Shown here: one piece after another, positions 26,701 to 38,965 of the stretch
Layout of the letters: every line of letters begins with the position of its first letter
Position numbering within the stretch: the stretch's first letter is position 1
NCBI GenBank assembly: GCA_964247055.1
Contig: OZ176054.1
Coordinates: 1,488,001 to 1,552,000 of the forward strand
DNA from: Paragordius varius
Taxonomy: Eukaryota; Animalia; Nematomorpha
Length of the DNA stretch: 64,000 bases
Direction: 5' to 3'
The notes under the pieces: model-generated
Told to the model about the DNA's origin: nothing
Databases searched by the model: none
What the model saw: only the letters and a program-made list of their open reading frames with translations
Program-made: the position numbers and the translations under genes

Positions 26701-29700
26701 CTTTAGCCGTGCCCCCGACTGCGTATGGGGCTTATCGAGCCTCCGCTCATTCCTCCCATTCTGAAGGCGGTCCATCTCATATCAGTAGTTCGGAAGTACA
26801 TACCCATATTCACACTGAAGCACACGAGGAACAACCTGAGGCCCCTATTACCATTAACAAGTTACAACCTAACCCAAATTCTATACGGATTGAACATGAA
26901 AGACTGCTTGGTGGAGGGACAGACGGTCCCAGTTCTCCGACCAGTGAAAGTCAATCATCGGATTCTTCGCAAACTCAGCATCAATCCAATGTTCCTTCCA
27001 AAAAACGACCAGCTGAGGACAGACCACAAGGACGTAAGTCATTTTGAAATAATATTTTGAAAATTTCATTAATATTTTTTATACCCTTTTAGCTAAACCG
27101 AAATCACAAAAATCAGGTAAAATTTTAAACTGGAAAATATAGCTGTGAAAAAAAATTTAAGAGTTATATTCAATTACTAAACATAAAATACCAATTATTT
27201 TATAGATTCCGAGTCTTTGGAATCCTTACTTACCCGAAAAAATTCCCGGACTCCAGTTAAAGCCCCTGTAAAACCTGTTAACCCTGCCTCTGTCCCCACC
27301 CAAATACATGAGCCTTCGACATCTTCCGTTGTCCAACCCTCTCATTCTAATGCTGCGTCTAAACAGTTTAAAAGACCTGTACAATCCACTCAAAATTCTA
27401 ATAAACCCAGACAACAGGAATCTAAACTTTTGCAACAACCAAATGTTTTAAAAGCCTCTAAACCAAGGCGGCCACCAACTTCAAATCGTGTCATTCCGGA
27501 AGCTGTGGAATCACCGAGCATCCCAGACGCGCCTGATACACCAACAACGTTTTCCTCGAATCCAGGTTTATTTTTTTAAAAATAAAATAGGATGGTGTAT
27601 TACAGGGGTCTCCAACATGAGACCCGATAAAAAAAAATATGGTCACCAAGATATTAAAATTTAAAAAAAAATTATAAAAGTTTCAAATGGCAAAGTACTT
27701 AAGTGTAATAAAGTAGTCATATTTTTTATCTTTTTACAGTTTGAAATCCAATAAACTATTTAATCATATTCATAACTTTCGAGGTGGCCTGCCAGATTGA
27801 TAGACACCCTTGCTGTATAAGATAAGGGGTGTCAATCCATATATATCCATATACAACTACTTTCGGCAAATTCCATAATATATATTTCCTTGAATGAAAC
27901 ATAGATGAAAACTTGCGCCCTGATGAAATTTTAGGAGAATCAAACCAGCCTGAAGGTATGCTATAATTCTAGTTAAATGACATATAGTTATTATACTACC
28001 CGAATTTTTAAAACCCAAACAGAATTTTTAATATTTAGTCATTAAAAATGATAAGCCTTTAGTGGGAACTGTCTTTTTTAAAAATCTACATTGTGAGAAG
28101 AGTGAAATAATATTTTAATGACAAAGCTGTTCCTTGTACAAATACTACTTAAATTTTCAAATTTCATTGAATATTTAGATTTAATAATTTGATAAAATTC
28201 CATTTTTGTCCTCTTTAATAAAAAATGATAAAATAAATTCACTAGTCGACTTTCAAATTATTCGCGGCGGATGAATTTAAAAACTTTGTATATTCAATTA
28301 AATTTATAATGATATGATGATTGTAAAAATGATTCATTGTTTTGAATTTAACATACCGACCCCAAATTAATCTCAACTGATTTCTTATATAAATATTTAT
28401 TTTATATTTCCATCATTTAATGTTAAATATGGCAATATATCGTTAAATGCAAAGAGTCACTATATTAACTATATTTATTTTTGCATATTTATAGAACACC
28501 AAAATGTTAAAGATTGTAAGAATACAAAAATTATTTTATTTAGAGTATCAATTATTTGTATATTTAGCATTACAAAATGTTAAATCCATTTTTTAGTCAA
28601 AAACATATTTTTTCAAGGACGCAATATTTTTTATCCATACGCAGCATTATTTCCAGCAAACTTATTTTTTCAGTCAAACGCAACTTTTCAAAAGGACTAC
28701 TGAAAATTGTGTTTGCTTGAAATAATGTTGCATTTGCTTGTAAAATGTTGCTTTTAGAAAAATGATATATATGTCATAAATGTGTAATAAAACTATTATC
28801 CTCATATTATCAATAATTTTTATAATGTAAACAAAATTTACAGTTTTTTTTAAAATCAATTATTTTCTGTTAATTGCTATAAATTTTTTTTGGTGCTTAT
28901 TACTAAATTTTGTGGCATTATATATATTTCATATATTATTTTTTATTTACATTCAAGGGCTAAGAAGTAATTATTTCTGCTAATATATTTATAATGAATA
29001 CAGTAGCGAGAGTTATTGGTGATTTCGGCTTTTAGAATTGGCTAAAAATGTAAAATATATAACATGTCAGTTGGCTTGTATAAGATTATAATTTTTAATA
29101 TTGACTTGATTGATAAATAAAATATTGCTTAAATGCTAAAAGACATGCAAGTTAAAAACCCTTTTACCCAATAAAAATTCTGAACTCATCAATAATGTCT
29201 CTCGTTACTGTTTACACAAGTTAATTTTTGATAGAAATTCAATTTTAAATAATTTTAAATTTAAATATAGTAAAATTTATTTCCATATTAATTAACCTTG
29301 TATAAATGTTTTACAATATCCATATATACAGAATCTTTCAATATAAATGGTGAGTCAGCGTTAAATATTTATATATATATATATATATTTATATTCAAAA
29401 TTAATATTTTTTGTTAAATATCTCCTTTTATTAATTAATTTTTATTTTCATTTACAAAACCAGTACCTAAGAATCAAATATTACCCACCGAAAACGGTAA
29501 TTTGATAAAAAATATTGTGGTCATATTATAGACATTAAAAATACGGAGAAAACGTAAAATAAAAAATATTATTTCAAAAGTAATTATATTTTTAAATTTT
29601 ATTTATTAATAAAACTCATTGTTTCAAAATGCAAAATATGAAATATAGATGTATATTGGTAATACAATAAATTAATATTGTACAATCGTAACTAAATTAT

Positions 29701-30692
29701 AAAAAATAATGGTTTAAAAAGTATGGTTGTCCTTTGAAAAAAGATATTAGTATTATATTTTTACGTTTTGTCCGTATTCAATTTTTATTGTATTTTTATG
29801 ACATCATTTGTTATAATGAAAATTCAGCTAAAAAATTTAAAATTGTTACACTTTTTTACAAAATGCATAGTTCAAGGTCAAGAGTCATCGATTCACAGCG
29901 AAAATGGTATTCCTTTAAAATTTTAAAATTTTTTAATATAGAATATTCTCATCTTTTTTTTGCTTATTTAGGAGGATCACCTTCAAGTATTTAATATGTA
30001 AAATGAAATAACAACAACAGTAACAATATACCAAATATCCATCATATGATCAATAATTTGATATTTTACTAATTTTAATTTTTAGATTTAGATAGCATTT
30101 ATAAAATATTATATTACTTCTCTGGTGTCGTTTTAATTAAAGTGCCTTTTGTTTTTAATTTAAAAAATTTATTTTTCGGAAACCGTTTTTAACAATGAAT
30201 AATGCATAAATTTCGTGTGAATTGTCGGTGCCGCATCAATCTAAATATTTATAAAATAAGTGCTTTAAATATGTGTTAAATCCTAAATGGCTAAACATAA
30301 CAGGAGCGAAGCACTGTGTTGACGATTAACAATCAATAAAATTTAATTATCTTCAATAAGTATTCGGTAAACACTTTATAATTTATTACACGTGTTTTTT
30401 TTAGCAATCGAATTGGAATCACAATCAAATTCCCATTCCACAAGTATAGTTGATTATTTATTATTTTTTTGTGATCGATAAATAGTTATTGTATTTAACT
30501 TATTTAATTGTGACCAACCCTCTTTATTCCTATATTATTGCAAAAAATTTAAATTTTACTTAATAATATCTTATACTGTTAATTTAGTGGTGATTTCATC
30601 AGAATCTGGTATATAATTTTCTTTGAATAATATTTTTTAAACATAAACGTACTGGTTTTTGCAATTAATTATATTGAACAGAAAATTAATAG

Positions 30693-30723
<31 letters not shown>

Positions 30724-33700
30724 TCATAAAAATATTTGACTTTTAGATTATAGGTTTTGTTTTAAAACAATTTTCATTTTTACTGTGTACAATTTTGTAT
30801 AAACAATAAAGGGATATTGTTTTAGATCGCTAATTTTGTGATTAAAGGAAGTAATTTTTTATCTAAACAACAATTATAAAACATTATATACCAATTACAA
30901 TTAAAATTGACCCTTGAACAATTCAATTTAACCCTCTAACGATTCAAATTAGCCCTTGTACAATTCAAATTCACTCTAAAAATAAATAATGTGTTTTCGG
31001 GCTAATATAACTCATTAACAAGAAATATATTCTTATAGCATAGTTTATTATTTTTTCCCTATTATATTAATTTATTTAGGGTGTATTTAAATTGTTCGAG
31101 GGTGAATTTGAATGGTTCAACGGTGAATTTGAACTGTGTAAGGGTGAATTTGAACTCTAAATAGTACATATTTATATGGATAAAAAATAACATTCTTTAC
31201 ATTTTTTACTATAATATAAAATACAGTTTTAAATTTTACTAGACCAATTAAATGCAAATTTTGTTCCCAAAACAATATATTTGTTTAGAATAATATGAAA
31301 TTTTTTATTTAGCCGTTAATTTGGAGATGAAAATATATCTTTATAAATTTCTTTTAGGGTCCAATACCCCAAAAAATTTAGGAATTTCGCAAATATAAAA
31401 TGATATAGCGCATCACATAAGAGCCTTTATTTAGGTCATAGTTGGTTTTTTATAAAATCCGCAATGTTTGAAAACACATTTTAGGGTTTAAATTTAAATC
31501 AGTATTCCAGCTCCAGTTTAAAGTCAAATTTATTGCCCTGAAAGTTTGTACACAAAGGTTTTTTTAGAAAAAAAGATGAAATGTTTTGCTATATGGCTTT
31601 TTAAAATTTTTGAAACCATTTTAATTATATGTAACGTAACTACTGGTTTTTTATTCCTTAATCCGTTCAATGTTAAACATACCATAATATTTCTAACAAA
31701 TTTTGGCTTTTTTTGCAATGTTTGATATGTTATTTAGATGGCAATCCCACTTCAATCCAAAGTTCTGAAACCATTCCACAAATTCATTCGCAAGATAGTG
31801 AGAATATTATTTCTAATTTTTTAAACAATTAAAAACTAGACATATATATATAATGTGCAATGTAGGGTCAATACATTTATAATTTGCGTATATTTGCATA
31901 GAAAAATTTACCAGTTTTCACCGAAAAAAATTAGCAGCTAAATTATGAATTAAACTTAGTAATAGAAAAAATTAATTGAATTGACCTAACCTTAGGAGCA
32001 AGAATATCTAAAACACAAAAATCATTAGTGTTATTTAATTTATTTAGAGCCCAATATTGAATGATATATATTCTAAAATTAATGAAAAAAACTTGATTTT
32101 TTAAGCGCTTCAAATTTAAATTTTTTGTAATCATAATTTTCTTGCTATATATTAAACTAGTAGGTATCCTATTTAGTATCATGAATTTATCATCTATTAA
32201 TATAACCATAATTAAAAAATTCGAAAAATTTAGCTGAAATCGCGGCATCCCCAGTTCAAGGTTAGTATTTTACATCTATATTAGCTATTTATACAATTGA
32301 TCTAAATGGTTACTGGCGAGATACTATTAAAACTATAACAATTATAAAATAATTAGCGTATTTTTTTACAATTATTTACTTTAAAATGAAAAATTTGTTT
32401 AAAAATATTAATGTCAAAATAAAAAATTTATATTTATAGGAATTTTCTATGGATAAATTATTTTTTTTGGACTATATAGGTAAAAATAATATATTTTGAC
32501 ATTATATAGAGATTAGATTATTAATAGCTTACGTTTAGAAGTGACAGTACTTTTTAAACTAATAGCTGGCCTTATGAAACAAAATTTTTACATAAAGTTA
32601 GGTGTAGGCTATTTTAAGAATATGATTACAGATAAAAGCTTCTGTTAAAAAAAATAATAAATTATATTTGGTCATACAGCAAATATCCAACCTTCGCTAG
32701 ATGTCTCAGATCCCCTCCAAAATATCCAGTCTATAGAAAGTTGTATTTTCATATTTAATCTTGATTAGCTCTGAGAATATCTGATACCGATTCCCCAAGT
32801 CGTGATATTTTTTATATATACCATTTACAATTCAATTTTACCCTTGAACAATTCAAATTCACCCTTGAACAATTCAAATTCACTCTCGAACAATTCAAAT
32901 TCACCCTCAAATAAAATATATGTTTTTGATTAAATATTACCAATATTTTTATATATTTAAAAAAAAAAATTAAAATTTTGTTTTAAATTAAAATAATACT
33001 GTTAAATAATAAACTATAACTTAAACATACATTTCATATTAATAATGAGTTATATTAGTTCGAAAATACATAATTTATTTTTAGAATTTGAATTGTTCAA
33101 GGGTGAATTTGAATTGTTGGGTGATTTTGAACTGTAAATGGTATATTCAAACATATTTTATTAAAAAAAATATAATCTTTTCTCCTATTAGTTCCCTCCA
33201 ACCCATCTATTCAGTCACAACAAAGTAGAACTTAAACTACTTTTTCTCTTTTAAAGATAAATTAACGATGAATATAATTTTAGCCTTAATCCGAGAATCC
33301 CCAACCCATGGTAAACAAATACAAAATTATAATTTATTTTATAATAAATTATGAAAATCAATCAAATATTTATGATAAATGCGTCCTTTAATATAGCATA
33401 ACAAAATTTAATTTTAGCGATAGGTCCAAATTTTGTCTAAATATTTATATTGATAATATTTTATTGCAAAATATTTATCTTGATGGAATAGAATTAAGCA
33501 TTCACGCTAATTTTAATAAAGACTATTTTTATGTTAAACATATATAGTAAAAATAGAAATTTTACGGACCTAACGAAAAATATGGCGATAAATATTTTTT
33601 TCTAACTGACAACCCTACCTTGTAAACTTAATTTTCATACACAAACTTTTTGTCAATTTTACCTAATAAAATAAGGTCTGTTAATAAATTACATCATTTC

Positions 33701-36700
33701 TTATTTCGCTACCCAGAACAATAAACATTTGACAAGATTGCTTTGAAGAAATTTTATAAAATATTTGTCTTTAAATTTTTACGTTTTTTCCGCTTTTAAT
33801 TTGATTGATATCAAAAGAGTTGCAAAAAAGTTGTAAGGACATTAGTCATATATTGAAATCAATACTTGCCAAGATCCAAAAACTTATGTTATCTTAGGAT
33901 TAAAGTTTTATAGCGGCACAAAGGGGCATAATTATTATTTTAAAAGATACTCTCAATAACCATATAAAATTGCATTATCATAGAGTATATAGCTAAAATT
34001 TGTCAATAACAGTTGTTTTATTCACGATTAAAACAAGTGTGACCAATTTAATTTTTCCATCAATTCAACAACAAGATTAATGTGTTTGGTAAAAGTATAG
34101 CATAGTATTAATCACACAAAATTTTAGCAAAAAAATATTGTGTAATTTGAGAGTCGCATATACCCTTATTTACCCAAAATAGTAAAGCGTAAACTATATT
34201 ATTAATCTCAAATTTATATATGAATTTATTTTTAAATTATTATGCAGGTTCAGATATACCAAACATACATTCGATGGAAAGTTTACATTTTCATTTTTAA
34301 CCTTTTTTAGCTGTTTTGAATTCGGATATCGATTCACCACGTAAAAATTTATATTTCAATTTAAAATTAAATATAAATTTATATTCATCCTGTCAGATGC
34401 CTCGAACAACCCATCTATTCAAGCCCAACAAAGTAAAAATAAAATATTTTATTTTGTATTTCAAATTTGTTAACAATAAAATTTTTTATTTTAGCCGAGA
34501 TCATAGTATCACCTTCTCATGGTTAGTATTTGAGTTTAGAAAATATTATCATATCTATTATATTATCATAAGAAGTTATTAGTTGTTAAAAAATACGTAT
34601 TCGAAACTTTTATCTTTTAACATCTGTTACGGACACTGTTAACAGTATATTATATACCATTTATAATTCGAATTCACCTTAAACAATTCAAATTCCCCAA
34701 AATATATTATGTTTTTAATGATTAAAACCATTTTTTTTATATTTTTAATAAATGATTGTTTAAAATTAAAATAATACTGAAAAACTAATAAATTAATCCA
34801 TAAAGATATATTTGATATTTAAATATGAATTTATTTTCATCTTGTCAGATGCCTCAAACATCCCATCTATTCAATCCCAACAAAGTAAAAATAAAATATT
34901 TTATCTCTTCGAATTTATTAACAATAAATTTAATTTTAGCCGAGATAGTATCACCTTCTCATGGTTAGTATTTAAGTTTAGAAAATATAATCATTTATAT
35001 TATATTAACATATTTTAAGTTAAAAATATGTACATATCAAAATTTACCAACGTAATGCGTTTCTAAACATTCATCTTTTAACATCTGTTACGGACACTGT
35101 TTAACATTATATTATATACCATCACCTTAAACAATTCGAATTCACCTTAAATTCGAATTCACTTTAAACTATTCCAATTCACTTTAAACAATTCAAATTC
35201 ACCTTAAATTAGAATTCCCCCTAAAATAAATTATATGTTTTTAATGATTAAAACCATTTTTTATATTAATAAAGAAAATTTTAAAATTAAAATAATATTA
35301 ATAAATTAATCCATAAAGATATATTTGATATTAAAAATAAATTATATTAGTTCAAAAACAGATAAATTAATTTTACATTAGATAACAAATTTTCTGAACA
35401 TCGAAAGTTTGCATTTCTATCATTTTTAGAGTAAATCTGAAATAAAAATTATAATATTACCTAAGAATTTTGTGTAAAATTTGATTTTTTTGTTATACGC
35501 CTTCTTTATCAAAATTTAATAAAAAATGTTTTTCTTTGCAAATATACAACAAATGTCTATTTATAATATATTATTCGAAAGAGTAAAAGTCTTATAAAAA
35601 GCATATTAATATGTTTTACATCGATAGTTACTATTGGACATAGGAAGCGCGCGCGAAGCGGCGTTTCCTTAATTAATATATTTTTAAAACTAATGGATGA
35701 AAATAGCTCAAACTATGTCTAGATGGCAATAATGTCTAGTTAAGATAACAAAAGAAATTTTTTTAATTAAAACTCATTTATTTCTTTAATGTCATTCAAA
35801 ACAGCCATTTTTAAGTTTAAAAATACCATCTCATGAATAATTAATTTCCTTAAAAGAGCTTATTATTATAAATTTCAAAGATTATAAATACAGGTTAGGA
35901 TATTCTTGATCCTTTATACACATTATTATACTATTCGAATTATGTATTTTAGTAACCACTAAGATAAATAATTTTGATAATTAAAAAGCAAACCAAATTT
36001 TTCAATTTTTTTTATATTTAATAATAATTCCAATAATTATAGATATGATTGTTAGTCTGTAAAAATTTTATTTAAGGGTTGAAAATTTCGACTATATAAA
36101 CCCAAATAACTTTTATATCAGATTGTTGTATGAATAACTATCATTCGAAAGAGCAGTTTTTCGCGCTCTTTCGAATGATATATAATTATATGGCATTATA
36201 TCTAAAACTAATTATAAAAATTTTAAGTCTAAGGTTAAATGCCAAATATTTTCGATAAACTCAAAAAAAAAATTCTTAAGAGTTGCGAATTTTGTTTTCA
36301 CTTATACTATTTATATATTAAAATGATATATGTATTTATAAGGATAACAGTTAAAAAAAAGTCAAAATTTGTTGTTTATCGATATAAATTGTTCAAGGGT
36401 TCGTTCGAGGGTTAATTTCAGTTGTAAATAATTAATATTCAGTATCTAAAACAACGAAAAATTTGTATACTCAATGATAATATTGGAATATAAATAAGTT
36501 AACTCAAATATTTCTCCAATAAATTTTAACTTACTTTTTTACCCAAATGCGCTTTTGTGGATTTCAATGAATTTGAGTTTAATAAAAATACTATTTTTTC
36601 AAAACCAAACTATAGAAATTAAATTTAACATAATATATAATACTTAATATTCCATATACAATTATAGATAATGGACCTAGCACGAGTAAGATTTTTATAG

Positions 36701-37944
36701 CTTAAAAACAAATTTTAAATATTTCAATTAAGGTCGACAAAATCAACACGTTTCACACCGCATTCAAACGGAAAATTCAGGTAATGTATCCTTGCATAAG
36801 ATATTAATATTTTTCTTAACATAAAAATTAACATCTATTTGTTAACTTGTTAGAGCCTCAACCAAGCACAAGTAAACAAAAAAACATTAGATCCATTTCT
36901 GTTAAACATTTATTATCATAACTTAAATATAATAACTTAACTATTTTAGGCCAAAATCCCGAAGATCATGAAGGACATAGAGAGACGGAACAAACATGTT
37001 TCTTTTGTTCAATTCATAATTCAATTTATAATTCATTTTTCAAATATAATTTATTTAAGAATAATAATTTAATCTTGATTTATTTAGCTCAAACAAACGT
37101 GGATGAACACGGTTTGACTTATTTTATTTTATTAATCTATCAAAATGTTATAACAATATCACATCTTTTTATCTTCCTTAATCTCCATTTTGATAATAAA
37201 ATAATAAATTGGGCGTAAATTTTGTTAACCCTCATTAATTTGTTAAGAAAAATGGGCTGGAAATAGGCTTATCATTATTGTCATTAAAATTTTTTATTTA
37301 AAATCGAAAATGGCTGATAATAATTAAACGTAAAAAACTGGGATTCAATATAATTAAAATAATTTTTAACAAATGCAAATTTGCTCAGAGCGTATTTTAG
37401 GCTGTTTTAATATGTAATACCCAAATTGATTGAATTTTATTTGATCGGTTATAAATGTAAAGTCTGTCTGTGTGTGACAGGCGTATTATTACATTTTGTT
37501 TTAAACAATATTCCGATAATATAATTATCGTTTTTTTGCGACCTAATAATTAGAGTTAATGCTGGAAGCTTTCCAAGAGTTTGATCAAATGAGGACTAAC
37601 TGTAAGTGTAAAAATCACTACTAAACTACATTAACCTTGAAGAGCGAAAAATTTACTATATTATTATGCGCATTTATTAGTATTCAATAGAATTGCAGTC
37701 AAAATTGAAGGATGCATTAATGGTAAACAATTAATCCTTATAAAATCATAATTATCAAATATTTGTAAAAATTATAATTTAATCATTTAGAATTGGAAGA
37801 TTGGATGAGAAGTATTTATAAATATATACATATATACATATATATAATGCAAAAATATACCTACATTAAAGGTAAATTAAAGGTTTACTTCGTGTACGTT
37901 TTACTAACTTTTTTTCAGATGGTATCAATGATGGGCTTTTATAA
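14112..37944 (+). CDS. Micro-exon gene (~82 exons, ~1377 aa): signal peptide, three tandem ~210-240 aa repeats, Gly/Ala hydrophobic segment, low-complexity tail; probable single-pass membrane or secreted protein
   Basis: Manual AG/GT model, open from ATG (MASNLVLHIFALICFTKLIMPGLSDFV) to TAA, 4134 nt, no junction stops. Exons: 14112-14193,14255-14299,14369-14395,15101-15115,15388-15414,15498-15554,15639-15661,15788-15803,15881-15916,16173-16229,16655-16693,16755-16784,16833-16943,17025-17057,17363-17404,17474-17536,17611-17661,18144-18170,18239-18253,18327-18353,18423-18485,18554-18573,18622-18637,19134-19169,19225-19269,19343-19381,19475-19498,19561-19695,19945-19992,20054-20095,20206-20271,20900-20965,21576-21602,21657-21671,21800-21826,21934-21996,22067-22086,22138-22153,23279-23314,23392-23436,23495-23533,24386-24409,24487-24627,24807-24854,24913-24954,25009-25086,25164-25256,25440-25505,25961-25972,26059-26082,26446-27033,27093-27116,27206-27565,27905-27955,28495-28515,28958-28966,29332-29349,29464-29496,29972-29986,30405-30443,30588-30608,31738-31797,32234-32260,32680-32739,32769-32798,33192-33224,33284-33310,34248-34280,34311-34340,34397-34432,34495-34521,34849-34884,34940-34963,36668-36685,36733-36780,36854-36871,36950-36997,37088-37111,37554-37601,37681-37722,37791-37811,37919-37944. 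Exons in the three repeats corroborate each other in length, phase and peptide. Exons after 28000 are individually less certain. TACTAAC-like branch point before the last exon; AATAAA at ~37983. Confidence 0.82.
15154..15346. mobile_element. MITE family 2 (~200-240 bp; TIR ATACGGACAAAACGTAAAAATATA)
   Basis: 24-bp inverted repeat. Further copies at 29541-29777 and, degenerate, ~33560-33805. Confidence 0.75.
23758..23793. repeat. (TA)n microsatellite
   Basis: Directly visible. Others: (TA)n ~1023-1045, ~23365-23390, ~45790-45819; (CA)n ~13826-13843; (TC)n ~30696-30723. Confidence 0.95.
27603..27812. mobile_element. Small hAT-type MITE in an intron
   Basis: CAGGGGTCTCCAA left end and rc CAAGGGTGTCTA right end. 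Flanks gtgtatta/ctgtataa match 6/8. Confidence 0.5.
31738..34963 (+). repeat. Six tandem two-exon Ser/Pro/Gln-rich modules within the micro-exon gene
   Basis: Each pair is a 33-60 nt exon ending ..IHSQD/IQSIE/IQSQQ/IHSME/IQAQQ/IQSQQ plus a 24-30 nt exon TEIAASPVQ/TLRISDTDSP/TLIRESPTH/TVLNSDIDSP/TEIIVSPSH/TEIVSPSH. The last two pairs also share intron sequence. Confidence 0.75.
32821..33141. mobile_element. MITE family 1 (CCATTT..AAATGG ends, TA-flanked, 21-bp subterminal tandem repeats), representative copy
   Basis: Inverted ends with a repeated cttgaacaattcaaattcacc unit. Other copies: ~16243-16483, 23794-24134, 30891-31164, 34657- and ~35119- (half copies), 39483-39715, ~40435-40655, 60679-60948. 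TA flanks suggest the Tc1/mariner superfamily. Confidence 0.85.
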
Positions 37945-38589
37945 AGTTCTAAAAAGAAATAACAGATATTAAATACTATTGAAATAAAATGTTTACTATA
38001 TGTAGGTATTTATATAAGCCGACAAATGCATTCGAATAACAGTTTTAATGATTTTTCTAAATATTAGGTGTAAACATCAAGATCCTATAATTTTAAAATT
38101 AAAAGTTTGCATTTATATAAATTCTGATAAATGCTCTTAACTAAAATTCTAATATTAATAAATAATTTATCATAAAATAAAATCAGCTATATTATTGGTT
38201 AAAAATAGAGGTAAAAAATATTACATGGATTACTATGCACTAAGCGCAACAAAGAAAGTTTTTTTACATAAGATAGCTTCTGACCAGCAATCCTTTGTCG
38301 TAAAAGTTTTAATTTGTTGGCGACCTGGGCGAAAGGTGAAAATCAGGGATAATCAAGAATAATTTAAAAAATAATGATAAAATTTGAGATATTATGGTAT
38401 ACTATCATTTAAGGAGATATTTTATATATTAAATAGCCTAAAATTTTATGGGTTTCTATAAAATCGCACTTCAAAAGATGGATTTTATTTTAACACATTT
38501 AAACGACAAAGATATTTTATGAAACTTTATAATTTTTTAATTAACTAACTAAACTCACTATTAAAATCTTAGCATTCATATTTTACATA

Positions 38590-38965
38590 GAAAAAACTAT
38601 ATCAAAATACCAAAAAATTTTATTTTAAATTTTGTCATCTGGTTTATGAGTGTATAATAATATAATACTCTTTTTTGGAATCCTAAATAAGTGTATGATT
38701 CAAAAATAAGGGGATTTCAACCAACATTTACAAATTCTATATAACAAGTCTGTTTAAGGACAATTAATTGGGATTCGTTCGGATTGTTGATTGTTTCAAT
38801 ACTTTTATGTCCTTTTTTACATAAATTTTATACTTAACAATTCCCACTCATACAAGATTCCAAAATAAAACAGTATAAATTTTTTATACACTCATAAACC
38901 AAATGACAAAAAAATGCAAATATAAAAAACAATATTTTTGGTTTTATTTTGATATATATGTTTTT
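38590..38965. mobile_element. Palindromic foldback-type MITE
   Basis: tttgtcatctggtttatgagtgtata (~38631-38656) is inverted at ~38885-38910; further inner and outer inverted matches. Confidence 0.7.

Noticed and set aside
26414-27438. Minus-strand and alternative-frame ORFs (26414-26686, 26725-27060, 26881-27069, 27226-27438)
   Set aside because: Shadows of the GC-richer large exons of the micro-exon gene.
32821-32910. 21-bp direct repeats resembling a CRISPR array
   Set aside because: Head-to-tail with no unique spacers, mirrored at the other MITE end, eukaryotic context, no cas genes.
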